Below are positions 20,167 through 30,100 of a stretch of 64,000 nt of DNA, piece after piece. The stretch covers positions 23,959 through 87,958 of the forward strand of contig CANILH010000002.1 of NCBI GenBank assembly GCA_947468665.1. Reading direction: 5' to 3'. This DNA comes from Oligoflexales bacterium (GTDB lineage: Bacteria; Bdellovibrionota_B; Oligoflexia; Oligoflexales; RGVZ01). Positions within the stretch are counted from its first letter, which is position 1; each line of letters begins with the position of its first letter. The notes beneath the pieces are model-generated. The model was not told the origin of the DNA, made no database searches, and saw nothing but the letters and a program-made list of their open reading frames with translations. The position numbers and the translations under genes were made by a program.

Positions 20167-20676
20167 ATGGACTGTGTTGCCTCTACGTATCCTCATATCG
20201 ATATTTTCTGGAATTCTCGCCCAATAAATGGCGCCTATCACCACGTCACGCGACCACACCGCTGGGAAAATGAGTTCATAGGTAAGCTAGATCTTCAGGA
20301 GATTGCCCGCCTTGGTGAGAACGTCGCCGCTAAGTGGGCTGAAGTAGCCGGCTGGAGTGTCCTTGAACGCCAAAAAAGAAACCGTGGCTTTGAGCTCGAT
20401 CTGGTGCTTCGCCGCGGCTCCTTTCTCCGGGTCGTGGAGGTAAAGACGCGAGTGTTTCCCAAAGGAGCTCCTGACATGAATACAACCGAAGCATGGCTTG
20501 GCTTCAAAAAAAGACAGGCTCTTCAAAGAGGAGTTCACTTCATACTGCGAGGACTTGGCACTGAGGCAAAAAGTTTAAGCTCTATTACCTGTGACCTGGT
20601 GGCCGTTGATATTCTCAAAACCAGGCAAATCGCCGTCTACCGCTGGCCTGACGCCTTTCCGCTAGGCGGGGAATAG
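20167..20676 (+). CDS. yraN: YraN-family (UPF0102) endonuclease-like protein with N-terminal extension
   Basis: GENVAAKWAEVAGWSVLERQKRNRGFELDLVLRRGSFLRVVEVKTR, plus the common rnhB-yraN adjacency. About 50 aa longer than typical, so the start is uncertain. Confidence 0.75.
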   Translation: MDCVASTYPHIDIFWNSRPINGAYHHVTRPHRWENEFIGKLDLQEIARLGENVAAKWAEVAGWSVLERQKRNRGFELDLVLRRGSFLRVVEVKTRVFPKGAPDMNTTEAWLGFKKRQALQRGVHFILRGLGTEAKSLSSITCDLVAVDILKTRQIAVYRWPDAFPLGGE

Positions 20677-20700
20677 GCGGGGAATAGGCGGGGAATAGGC
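20663..20700 (+). repeat. 11-bp tandem repeat TAGGCGGGGAA x3.5
   Basis: TAG occurs at 20663, 20674, 20685 and 20696. The 11-nt period places a stop in all three forward frames, and the yraN stop is the second TAG. Confidence 0.9.
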
Positions 20701-20734
20701 AAAGAAAAACCCCGGCAGGCAGAGCCTGGCCGGG
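20701..20734 (-). terminator. Intrinsic terminator for rplS (possibly bidirectional, also serving yraN)
   Basis: Stem CCCGGCAGGC / GCCTG(G)CCGGG with one bulge and an AGA loop (20711-20734). On the minus strand it is followed by TTTTTCTTT (20709-20701). Confidence 0.7.
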
Positions 20735-20768
20735 ATTGATTCTTCACTGGGCTGGTTGCCCAAAGAGA

Positions 20769-21167
20769 TTACCCTTTAGGAGCAGCATCAACAGCGCCAC
20801 CGAAGTAACGGCTGCGGATACGAGCGGCTTTACCAGAAAGATCGCGGAGGTAGTAGAGGCGGCTGCGGCGAACGCGGCCTTGAGCAATTACTTCCAATTT
20901 TTCAATAAGAGGGCTCATGCTTGGGAAAATACGCTCAACGCCAATTCCCCCGGCCGAGATTTTACGGACTGTGAAAGAGCTGCCAGCTGTGCCTTTGCGG
21001 TAACGGGTTACGATACCTTCGTAGGTTTGAATACGAAACTTAGCGGCATCAGCGCCTTCCTGAATCTTGTAGTGAACCCGAACCGTGTCACCGGAACGGA
21101 AATCTGGAAGTGGTTTCACGTCTTTGAAAACGCGTTTTTCGAATTTATTGATGATTTGATTTTTCAT
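20769..21167 (-). CDS. rplS: 50S ribosomal protein L19
   Basis: [16 protein letters not shown]...[36 protein letters not shown]. The ATG at 21167 follows the SD GGGTGA, and the ORF-track start at 21206 is rejected. Confidence 0.94.
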   Translation of the reverse strand: MKNQIINKFEKRVFKDVKPLPDFRSGDTVRVHYKIQEGADAAKFRIQTYEGIVTRYRKGTAGSSFTVRKISAGGIGVERIFPSMSPLIEKLEVIAQGRVRRSRLYYLRDLSGKAARIRSRYFGGAVDAAPKG

Positions 21168-21323
21168 GAATTCACCCAATGTCTCGGTTACAGTATCAAA
21201 TAACACGTCTAAAATGACGAAATTCCAAACAAAAACATCAACTTAAGAAAGATTTCATGGCATAACCACTGCCTCTGACGGCTCGTTGAAGCCACCTGTG
21301 ATACCCCAAAAGATTCAGCATGG

Positions 21324-21803
21324 TCAAGCGCTTATTGTAGACTCAGGCTGATGCTTTGAGGTCTTGGCAGCCAAGGCACCCACGTCACTACGGTAGTCGA
21401 GGGCAATCTCTCCGATGTCCTCCCGGACCGCAGTCGGGATTAGCTCGCGGACTAGAGGCAAAACAAGCCTCTCCATTTGCTCTACATGAGCGTAAATCTT
21501 GCGGAAAACATCGGCTCGCTTAGTATCCGGGATGTCGCCAACCTTCTTAAAGGAGGCAATAATCCGCACCAGTGACTTCGCTTGCTCTTCCGCAAGCAAT
21601 GCGGCCGGGGAGACAGCTCGACTAGAATCAACTAGTTCAGGAATAATCAATTCGCCGCCAACTCTGATGACCAAATCAAGCCGAGCCATAAAACTATGGA
21701 GTGGCGCGCCAGAAAGTGCCTCGCCCATATCTCCAGGAGCAAGCCCTGGGAACAGCGCTCTGATCGCTGAATACTCTTCTTTCATGAAGTGAAGCACATC
21801 CAT
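21324..21803 (-). CDS. Hypothetical protein, possibly hemerythrin-like (HHE) domain
   Basis: DVLHFMKEEYSAIRALF and YAHVEQMERLVLPLV loosely resemble hemerythrin-like cation-binding helices. The call is weak. Confidence 0.35.
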   Translation of the reverse strand: MDVLHFMKEEYSAIRALFPGLAPGDMGEALSGAPLHSFMARLDLVIRVGGELIIPELVDSSRAVSPAALLAEEQAKSLVRIIASFKKVGDIPDTKRADVFRKIYAHVEQMERLVLPLVRELIPTAVREDIGEIALDYRSDVGALAAKTSKHQPESTISA

Positions 21804-22075
21804 GCTCTACATCCTCCTCCGCGAAAAAATGATCACACATGAAACCAAAAACCCTCAACCGGCGCATTTCTATTGAGTTTGCCAGGAACATGCAAGCTTT
21901 CGTTTCGCAAGCAAATACATGAAATCCCTAGTTATTAAACAATTCCCGCCATTATTTTAAAACGCGACTTAAAACCTATGAAAACTTGTTTTACAACTTT
22001 ACGCAAAAAATCACGTGCCAAACGCGAATTTTGAACTATATTCGGCCTCCTGACCTGAAAACTGGGAAAACGACA

Positions 22076-23140
22076 ATGGCAATCATGGATAACATAGAAC
22101 GAAAAATTGCCGCTGGCTCTCCCGTCTCACGTCATGAGGCGGCGACACTCTTTCTTGAAGCCGATGACACGACGTTACAGCGCCTTGCAACTCAAGTCAG
22201 AGCTCGATTTCACAAAGAAACCGAAGCCACTTACCTTATTATGGCGATCGTCAATTACACGAATATCTGCGTCGCAAAATGCGATTACTGTTCTTTTTTC
22301 AGGTTACCACACGACAAAGAGGGCTATCTTCTAACCACTGAGCAGGTCTGCCAGAAGATTGACCAGATGGTACAGCACGGCGGAAAACTAGTGGGATTCA
22401 ATGGCGGCTTTCACCCAAAACTACGAATCGACGACTATGCGAAATTATTTACAGAGGTAAGGGCTCGTTACCCAAGGCTTGAGTTTTACGAGATGACGGT
22501 GGCCGAGTTCATGTTCTCCTGCAAGGTGTCAAAGGTAACTTATGACGAGGGAGCGGCGAAACTCGCCGCGAGCGGCACCAGATGGGTTACCGGCGGCGGC
22601 GCGGAGATTATGGACAATAATTTCCGTAAACGCCATAGCCCGGGCAAGTTCACCGTCGAAGATTATTACAATGCCCAGGAAGCCATTCTTGGAGCTGGCA
22701 TGGGGTCCACGGCGACTATGGTCATCGGCTTTGACGAGACTCTAGAAGAGCGCCTAAATCATCTTGAGTCTCTAAGAACCTTCCAGGACCGCGTCGGCGG
22801 CACTCTGGCGAGTTTTCTCTGCTGGACATATAAGCCTTGGAATAATGAGTTCGGCGGTGAGGAAATCAAGACCGCTGAATATCTTCGCTGGCTTGCTGTC
22901 TCGAGGATCTACCTTCATAACATGAGAAATATCCGTACCTCGGTACTCACTAAAAACGAAGACGCCCTTTTAGGACTACGGTTCGGCGCTAATGACTTTG
23001 ACCTTCCTACTGAAGATGAGGTCACCCAAAAGGCCGGAGCGACTATCAGTCACGACTTTGAACACCTCCTTACTGCCGCCCGAAATATGGGTTTTAAGAC
23101 CCTTGAGCGGGACGCATGGCCAGTCAGAAATTGGCAATAA
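22076..23140 (+). CDS. Radical SAM enzyme of the MqnC/MqnE (CofH-like) family, futalosine menaquinone pathway
   Basis: VNYTNICVAKCDYCSFF (CxxxCxxC), GGGAEIMDNNFRKRHSPGK, TATMVIGFDETLEERLNHLESLRTFQD, GANDFD. I cannot separate MqnC from MqnE by eye. The start is taken at ATG 22076. Confidence 0.75.
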   Translation: MAIMDNIERKIAAGSPVSRHEAATLFLEADDTTLQRLATQVRARFHKETEATYLIMAIVNYTNICVAKCDYCSFFRLPHDKEGYLLTTEQVCQKIDQMVQHGGKLVGFNGGFHPKLRIDDYAKLFTEVRARYPRLEFYEMTVAEFMFSCKVSKVTYDEGAAKLAASGTRWVTGGGAEIMDNNFRKRHSPGKFTVEDYYNAQEAILGAGMGSTATMVIGFDETLEERLNHLESLRTFQDRVGGTLASFLCWTYKPWNNEFGGEEIKTAEYLRWLAVSRIYLHNMRNIRTSVLTKNEDALLGLRFGANDFDLPTEDEVTQKAGATISHDFEHLLTAARNMGFKTLERDAWPVRNWQ

Positions 23141-23298
23141 ACCGATAAGCAAACAAATATCACTTCATTCCAGATGATTAAGACCTTCTCCTTTACTGGA
23201 GCCAGAGTCCGCATTTGCCACACTTCGTTGGCTGTCGGAATCCTGATATAATCGAATCATCCTGAATATTTAGACCCTCTCGTTAGGATCACCAAAAC

Positions 23299-26200
23299 GT
23301 GTGGCGTAAAATCAATCGATGGCTCAGCGGAATATTCTTCGCCGGAATCATCGGTATTCTAATCCTGGCCCTTGTGTTGTTTTTGGTGGTCGACACCAAA
23401 AAGATGACGGCCTTTGCCGAAAAAATTGTCGCCGAACAAACTGGTGGCAAGCTTGCCATCGGCAAAATGGACTTCAGCGCGTTTCGAGGATTCACCTTAA
23501 AAGACATTCAGTTTACTCCGCCATCAGCGGATGGATCACCAAATTCAGGCGGTCAAAAACTTATGTCAGTCCAGGAGCTCCGACTCCACTGGAATCTTTG
23601 GAGCGTACTCTATGGCTCAATCACCCTTGACGCCGCACTTATCAATGGCGGCGAAATCTACCTCTCACAAATAAACGGCAATTGGAACTTTGGCGGTATT
23701 ATGGCGTACCGGCAAAAAATATTTCCAGAGCCACTACCGACACCAGCAAATCCACCAGAGCCCGCCGCTGTCGGGAAGCTCATTGAGACCATCTCGTCCT
23801 CATTTTTCGTCCCGATCAGAGTTTCTGTCTCAAATGTCGGAGTACGGAACCTTAATATTCATGTGTCATCAGATCAAAAGACCGAAGAAAATCTGGACAT
23901 CAAAGGACTGACCACGACAATTGATCTCAGGGCCTTTGGCAGGAATGCCAGCCTGGCGATCGCGTCAGAGGTTAAACGACTGACAAAAGGGCCCTTAGAC
24001 CTTGAGAATCTAACCTCAAAAATTGAGGCGACTATTAAAGCAGTCCCTTCGGAGAAAAAAATATCTCTGACAAGCCTCAAAATAAAACTGCTCGAAACCA
24101 TGACCAATGAAATAAAAGCCTCCGTGGCGGCCACGACTGCAAGCCCGGACATCCTAGTGTATGAATTAGAGGAAAAACTGCGAATAAGCGCGGCAATACC
24201 CCCGTCCCTAAAAAAATTACTGCCTTCGGATCTAAACATAGACGGGGAAATAACATTAGAAATTGCGAAAACATCCGGTGAGCTTAATCTAAAAACCCTA
24301 AACCAGGACATTACGGCGCAAAAACTTGGCAAATTATTGCCAGCGCACTTGAAGACCGTCTTCGCGCTCAAAAATATCGCCGTTACAAGCCAGGCACTCG
24401 GAATCGAGACCAAACCCCTGAACCTCACCATGCGCCTCGACACAAACACAATAGGGGAAGACTCCGTCAAAATCGGACTTAAGCTGGACACCGCGCTCGA
24501 GGCCGCCTCTTACACTGACCTGGCCTCACCGGATAAAACAAACCTGAAAGTTGATCAACTTGGTCTAACGCTGAACGCCAGTACCGAGCTGCCCACAAAG
24601 CCAGCGATCGAGACCGACTTAAATCTTAGTATTGCCGCGGTAGGCATTCAAAGTCAGACGATTGACTACGTGGGAGTGCCCGTAAAATTAAGCGGGAAAG
24701 TAAAGACCGAAAACCTGCTCGATAAGGCCTCCGCCGAGTTCAGCATCATAAGTGGAGATCTTTTTTCCGCCAATGCCGGCATCACCTGCGGCAACGCGTG
24801 CCAAGATTTTAAATTAGCCGCGAAGTCCAGGATCCCGAGTTTCGCGAACCTATGGGCTCTGACAAAAACAAATATCGCCCGAAGAGTTCAGCCCAGGTTT
24901 CAGCCCGAGACAATATCTGGAGCAGTTGAACTATCGGCAGATATCCAAGGTCACGCCGCCAATGTCCTTAAGACAACCCCAAAAGACTTACTAAAAAAAC
25001 TCACCTGGAATTCGGATCTGAAAGTGGCCCTTACAGGCCTAGGCGTTAAAATACCCTTTAATAATCTTAGCCTCGAAGACGCTAATATTGCGTTTTCCCT
25101 GAGGGGGGATCACAAAAAACAATCCCTGACGGTCGCTGAGTCATTCAAGTCGCTGGTGGCGAATTTGCCCTCAAAAAACAAAATTCCGCCGAAGCTTGAG
25201 CTCAGTACATTTAGCTGGCAAACCACTGCCAACTCAACGATCCCACCACTAAGCCAATTAATTCAGGCGGCCCATCTGGTCAGGTCAAATGTACGAACAA
25301 AAATGAGCCTAGGATCGGTGAATGTTACCCAGTTACTGAAAAAACCCCTGACATCGATCGAAGTCTCGGCAGCGGCGTCCACTCATAAGAACCTAAGTTT
25401 TGCTCTGGATGAGTTCACGGCGTTGATCCCGGATCTAAAAACAAGCATTGGCCTTAGCGCCGCCATCACCCTCGCCAGGGATTTCGCGCCCGAGAGCTTC
25501 CGCGTGCGCCTTGACGCGGACCTCAGAGAGATGCCAACCGAGTATCTGAAGGCAATAAAAGCCTCAGGCAGCCTAAGCGTTAACCTCTCTGTCGCTTCTG
25601 AAGATATGGAGTTTGGGGAAATAAGGGGACTTGCCGGCATCAGAAATCTCAATTTGACTATACCAGGCGCCGAAGCCAACAAACCCGCATTGCTTCAGAT
25701 CACTGACATGAACGGGAAAATTCCTATCCAGCATAAATTCGCGCTTGGGATGTTAAAATCCGGTAAAAGTGAGGGGAGCGAGACGAAAAAAACCGATATG
25801 GCGAAAGACGATATAATTTTTTCCGGCGTAGTGGACGTTAACGACGACAAAATCAAAGACTCCGCGGAGCAATACCTTCAGAAGATCAAACCGCCAATCT
25901 TTGGCGACACACGCATCGCGGTCAGCGAGGACTTCTCAAGTTTTAGCGAGTTCTACCCGGACAGGCAGCCAATCACCGTCGAGAAAATAACAGCGGCCGG
26001 CCTGACACTGGAGCACCTCGAGATAGACGCCGAGCTTGCCCAAAACGAGTTGTCGGTCAATAACTTCGTCACAGGGTTTATAGGAGGGAAAATCCAGGGA
26101 GACCTCCAGCTGGCGTTTGACGACAAACCGGTTTCCGTAAAAACATCCCTTCACGTTACCCGACTTAATACCGAGTACCTGGTGCGGGACATGCCTGGAC

Positions 26201-26583
26201 TCAAACGCAAAGCACGAGGCTTATTTGGCGGAAGCAACCCTTATCTCGACGGAGCCGTACATCTTCAGTATGACCTCCGGTCAGGTGATATGCTTGGGGG
26301 CGTAGATATCACGTCAATAGGCAAAGACCAGTTACGGATGATTATGTACTACATTGACCCGACCGACAGCGACTCATCAATCTCGGCGATTAAAACCGCG
26401 CTTAACTTCGGCGAAGTAAAACTGGTGTCTATCCCGATCAAAAATGGCGAAATCGGCGTCGACGTGGACGTCCGGCTTCTGGCCACACCCATTCCCACCC
26501 CAAAAATTCAGGGCTTTCCGATCGCGAAACTTTTAAGTAACTTCAAAAATCAGGATGAGAGCACAAATGAGTCGAGCCACTAA
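23299..26583 (+). CDS. AsmA-like / YdbH-like large membrane-anchored envelope protein (1094 aa)
   Basis: GTG start, then an N-terminal TM helix (IFFAGIIGILILALVLFLVV). Next comes an AsmA-type N-terminus (KIVAEQTGGKLAIGKMDFSAFRGFTLKDIQF...LRLHWNLWSVLYGSITLDAALINGGEIYL) and a long beta-rich body. It is followed by a DUF1318 gene, as in the E. coli ydbH operon. Confidence 0.55.
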   Translation: MWRKINRWLSGIFFAGIIGILILALVLFLVVDTKKMTAFAEKIVAEQTGGKLAIGKMDFSAFRGFTLKDIQFTPPSADGSPNSGGQKLMSVQELRLHWNLWSVLYGSITLDAALINGGEIYLSQINGNWNFGGIMAYRQKIFPEPLPTPANPPEPAAVGKLIETISSSFFVPIRVSVSNVGVRNLNIHVSSDQKTEENLDIKGLTTTIDLRAFGRNASLAIASEVKRLTKGPLDLENLTSKIEATIKAVPSEKKISLTSLKIKLLETMTNEIKASVAATTASPDILVYELEEKLRISAAIPPSLKKLLPSDLNIDGEITLEIAKTSGELNLKTLNQDITAQKLGKLLPAHLKTVFALKNIAVTSQALGIETKPLNLTMRLDTNTIGEDSVKIGLKLDTALEAASYTDLASPDKTNLKVDQLGLTLNASTELPTKPAIETDLNLSIAAVGIQSQTIDYVGVPVKLSGKVKTENLLDKASAEFSIISGDLFSANAGITCGNACQDFKLAAKSRIPSFANLWALTKTNIARRVQPRFQPETISGAVELSADIQGHAANVLKTTPKDLLKKLTWNSDLKVALTGLGVKIPFNNLSLEDANIAFSLRGDHKKQSLTVAESFKSLVANLPSKNKIPPKLELSTFSWQTTANSTIPPLSQLIQAAHLVRSNVRTKMSLGSVNVTQLLKKPLTSIEVSAAASTHKNLSFALDEFTALIPDLKTSIGLSAAITLARDFAPESFRVRLDADLREMPTEYLKAIKASGSLSVNLSVASEDMEFGEIRGLAGIRNLNLTIPGAEANKPALLQITDMNGKIPIQHKFALGMLKSGKSEGSETKKTDMAKDDIIFSGVVDVNDDKIKDSAEQYLQKIKPPIFGDTRIAVSEDFSSFSEFYPDRQPITVEKITAAGLTLEHLEIDAELAQNELSVNNFVTGFIGGKIQGDLQLAFDDKPVSVKTSLHVTRLNTEYLVRDMPGLKRKARGLFGGSNPYLDGAVHLQYDLRSGDMLGGVDITSIGKDQLRMIMYYIDPTDSDSSISAIKTALNFGEVKLVSIPIKNGEIGVDVDVRLLATPIPTPKIQGFPIAKLLSNFKNQDESTNESSH

Positions 26584-27136
26584 TAATCTATTATTTGCCA
26601 TTAATGTATTCTCCGCCGTGGCTGCAACGTCGTGCTCTTTTAACTTTGAACTGACCTCTCAGCGCACCGCCCTTGAAAACCAAATACTTGGAAATTACAA
26701 GGAACTGGACGATGACCTGATCGTGGCCAACTACGGCAGACAAAACCCGAATGACGCCGGAGGCGACAAAAAAAATCGAATATCTGCCGAAATCGAGAAA
26801 GCCACAAAAAACAGATCCTTCAACGCCGATGACATCGACGAGCTTAAAGACCAGGGAATTTTGGGAGAAGACGGAGACAGCCTCCTCGCGCTTCTGCCAA
26901 AAGGCATCGGGGACATAGGCAGCGCCACGCCTGACCAAATCAAGCTGGCCGAGGTACTTGTCGATGAGGAAAACCGTGACAGATCCACTTTATGGAGCGC
27001 TACAAACGCCCAAAATCTGGAATTGTCCGACAAAGGCCTTCCGGCGGTAAGGCAGTCTTTTGGGCGAAAAATATACGAAACCGCGCCTAAGGGGCATTGG
27101 TTTTACACAGGAAAGAAATGGGCACCAAAACCGTAA
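26567..27136 (+). CDS. Lipoprotein with C-terminal DUF1318 / YdbL-like domain
   Basis: MSRATNNLLFAINVFSAVAATSC contains a lipobox. The C-terminal half (LKDQGILGEDGDSLLALL...VDEENRDRSTLW...APKGHWFYTGKKWAPK) aligns by eye with E. coli YdbL (GRVGE...INAERK...AKPGEYVQG.NGKWVRK). It overlaps the upstream gene by 17 nt. Confidence 0.6.
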   Translation: MSRATNNLLFAINVFSAVAATSCSFNFELTSQRTALENQILGNYKELDDDLIVANYGRQNPNDAGGDKKNRISAEIEKATKNRSFNADDIDELKDQGILGEDGDSLLALLPKGIGDIGSATPDQIKLAEVLVDEENRDRSTLWSATNAQNLELSDKGLPAVRQSFGRKIYETAPKGHWFYTGKKWAPKP

Positions 27137-30100
27137 ACCGACATCATTTCAGGCAACTATGTCTGCTTCTCGCAGCGGGGATTACATCCACGCTGGTAAT
27201 AAGGTGCGCCTCGCGCAAGTATATTTCCTCTGATGACTTTGTCTTGCCCATTTTATTTAAGGCTTTTGAGAACCCGACGAGGGTGACCATCGGCAATGAG
27301 TCAAACTATGGCCCCAGCCTGTCGCCAAATGGCGCATACATGTTCTACACGTCAGATCGTACTGGCAACAAAGATCTATTCGTCAAAAAAACAAGAGGCG
27401 GCTACGCCGTCCCCCTGACCTCTCACCCGGCTGATGACTTCTCACCGGTTATGTCACCTGACGGCTCAATGTTGGCGTTTGTATCACGCCGAACCAACGC
27501 TGCGGGATCGATTCACGTCATGAAGATTGGACAATCCATCTCAAAGCTGTCCGGTCAAATCGAAGGTGACACCTTCTCAATCAATCTACCGGATTTGGAG
27601 CTTCGCAACCCGGCCTGGTTTCCAAAGGGCGACAAAATCGTATTTTCCGGTAGAGGTCCCGGTGAGAGAATTCCCAGAATTTATACCGCCAAAGTCGCGG
27701 AAAGCCCGGACATCATTCCTCTAGACGGCATTCGCGGCGATTACCCCACGGTCAGTCACGCCGGCGGAATGATCGCCTACTCAAGATCGGGCGCCCTGTT
27801 TCTTTTCCAACCAGGCCAAAAAAAGGAAATCAAACTCACCACGGGCGAAACGGTGCAAGACGGTCATCCCCAATTTACACCTGACGACAAAGGTCTGGCT
27901 TTTATTCGCTACGCGGATGACACCAACGACGATGGCAAGATAGACGCTAACGACCGCCCAACCATCTGGTCTTTGGATATCGAGAGACAAAAGTCAGAAC
28001 CTGAGAATCTCGAGAACTTCTCGCTGAAAGCGCTTTCAAGCGCCCAGTTCGCGGCGTTTTACCCACAAGTTCACCGCCCATATATTTATTTTGCCTCCCA
28101 AGACAGCGACAGTCTCGACATTTACCGATTGCCCGAGTCCGGGCACACAAAATTTCACAAGGATCTTAATGCCACGGTAAATAACTTTGAGCAGCTTGAT
28201 GATGAGCACAATAAGACCTATCTGCTACGTCATGACACGTCAGAGGCATTTATCGCCAAAAATGACGATCTGGCGTCGAAATTGGCACTGCTGGAGCTCG
28301 AATGGCTGACTGATATTGAGCGTCACCTTGAGGCTAAGTGGCTCGCCGCTAAAATCGCCAGAAACTTTCATGAGAACGTCAACGTCCTCGCGGCAGCAAG
28401 TCTAATTACAATTGAGGGCGCACTTTCTCCCTGGAGATACCCCAGCAATGAAAATGAAATTAGCGAAGATGCGCGCCACCAGATGAAGCAATGGCAGAAA
28501 GTCGTATCAGGAATTTTGGATGACGCCCAAAAGACAACCGCCATTTCTGATGACACAAAAGCGTTAGCCTTTTATGTCAGCGCGGAGCTGACCGCCACCA
28601 TGGGAGACCCTAAGCAAAGCGAGGCACTTCTGACGCGGATAACCTCTGAGTTTGCGTCGCGCACGCAAATCGCGTCAAAAGCTCTTTACTACCGCGCAAA
28701 ACTGGAGACGGTCCGCGGTGAACACGACCTCGCACTGAACACGACAATAGAAATGATTACGAAATTTCCCAAAGAGCGCACGAGGGCGATTTCCGCCTCA
28801 CTTGACATCACTACCGCGGTGCCGATCAGTGACCGGGGCGCGATTAAAAAACTGACACACATAAGAGATTTAAGTGACAAGGTGATTGTTTTACCGGCTT
28901 ATGCTCAACACCGTATGATCGCCGTCTGGAGGCATCAGGGTAAACAGGAAGCAGCCAACGCGGAAATGCGGGCATTAATTAAACGAGCAGAAGGCTCGCC
29001 AGTATTGGCGCTAGAAGCGGCCGAGGAGCTAGTTGGTATAGAGGATGAGGCAGGACGGCAGTCGAGCGCCCTGGGTATCATCAAAGAATTGAGACCGCTG
29101 CTTTCCAAAAGTGACCCGGAAATAAAAAAACGCCTTTCTCTTTTGGAAGTATCACTTCACGTCAGACGCGGCAGGGCTCATCTGACGGCCGGAGAAATTG
29201 GATTTGGGGTAAGAGAATTTAAGGCTGCCCTGGCAGTATGGCCGACAGACTTGGGGGCTCAGGTCGGACTCATCGACGCCAAGGAACAAGGCGGTGAGTT
29301 AGAAAGCGCGGTAGCAGACTACCAACGGCTCGTGACTGGCGGATCCAATAATTCCGATATTTTATACCTTTTGGCTTATGCGAAACAAAAACAGGCCGCC
29401 AGTAACCCGAAGGAACGTCTCACGATCATTAACGATAGCCTGGAGCTCCTTGAGAATGCGCGCCAAATAAACGGCCATGTCTCCCAATATCACCTTCTCC
29501 TTGGGAAACTTTATCTCGAAAAAGCCCACATTCGTCGCACGGAGCTTGATAGCACAAGCGGCATGTCCAAAATGTCACGTGCCTTTACTCAATTTAAGAA
29601 TTTTTTGGGATTTCCTGAGTCCAACTGGTTTGAACTATCAATCGACTCAAGCCTGACGGCCTTCTACCTCTCTCCACCTAAGTCGGTCGAACAGGCTGAT
29701 CTCTCACTTCAAATGGGCGACACCTATTTCGAAAATCAGAACTATCACTTAAGCCTTCGCCATTACATAAAACGCGTGCAAATGCTCGCCACTGTGCCAC
29801 TCGGTGACATAAAAAAAGAAATGCGGCTTTACAGGCACGCCGGTCGCGCCGCGTTTTATGCCCAGGAGCTGGAACTCGCGGCCACCCTTCAACGTAAGGC
29901 CTATCAACTGGCAAAAGCATCCGGAAACACCTTCGACATCTCTTTTTCACTAGACTCCATGGCCCTTACTCTTCGCGATAGCCACAAGTACGCTGAGACC
30001 AGGGAAATCTATGACGAGCTTCTTAAGCTTCAGGTCAAAAATAATGACCTGATAAATGCTACCAATACCCACGTAAATCTAGGATACACACATTTCATGC

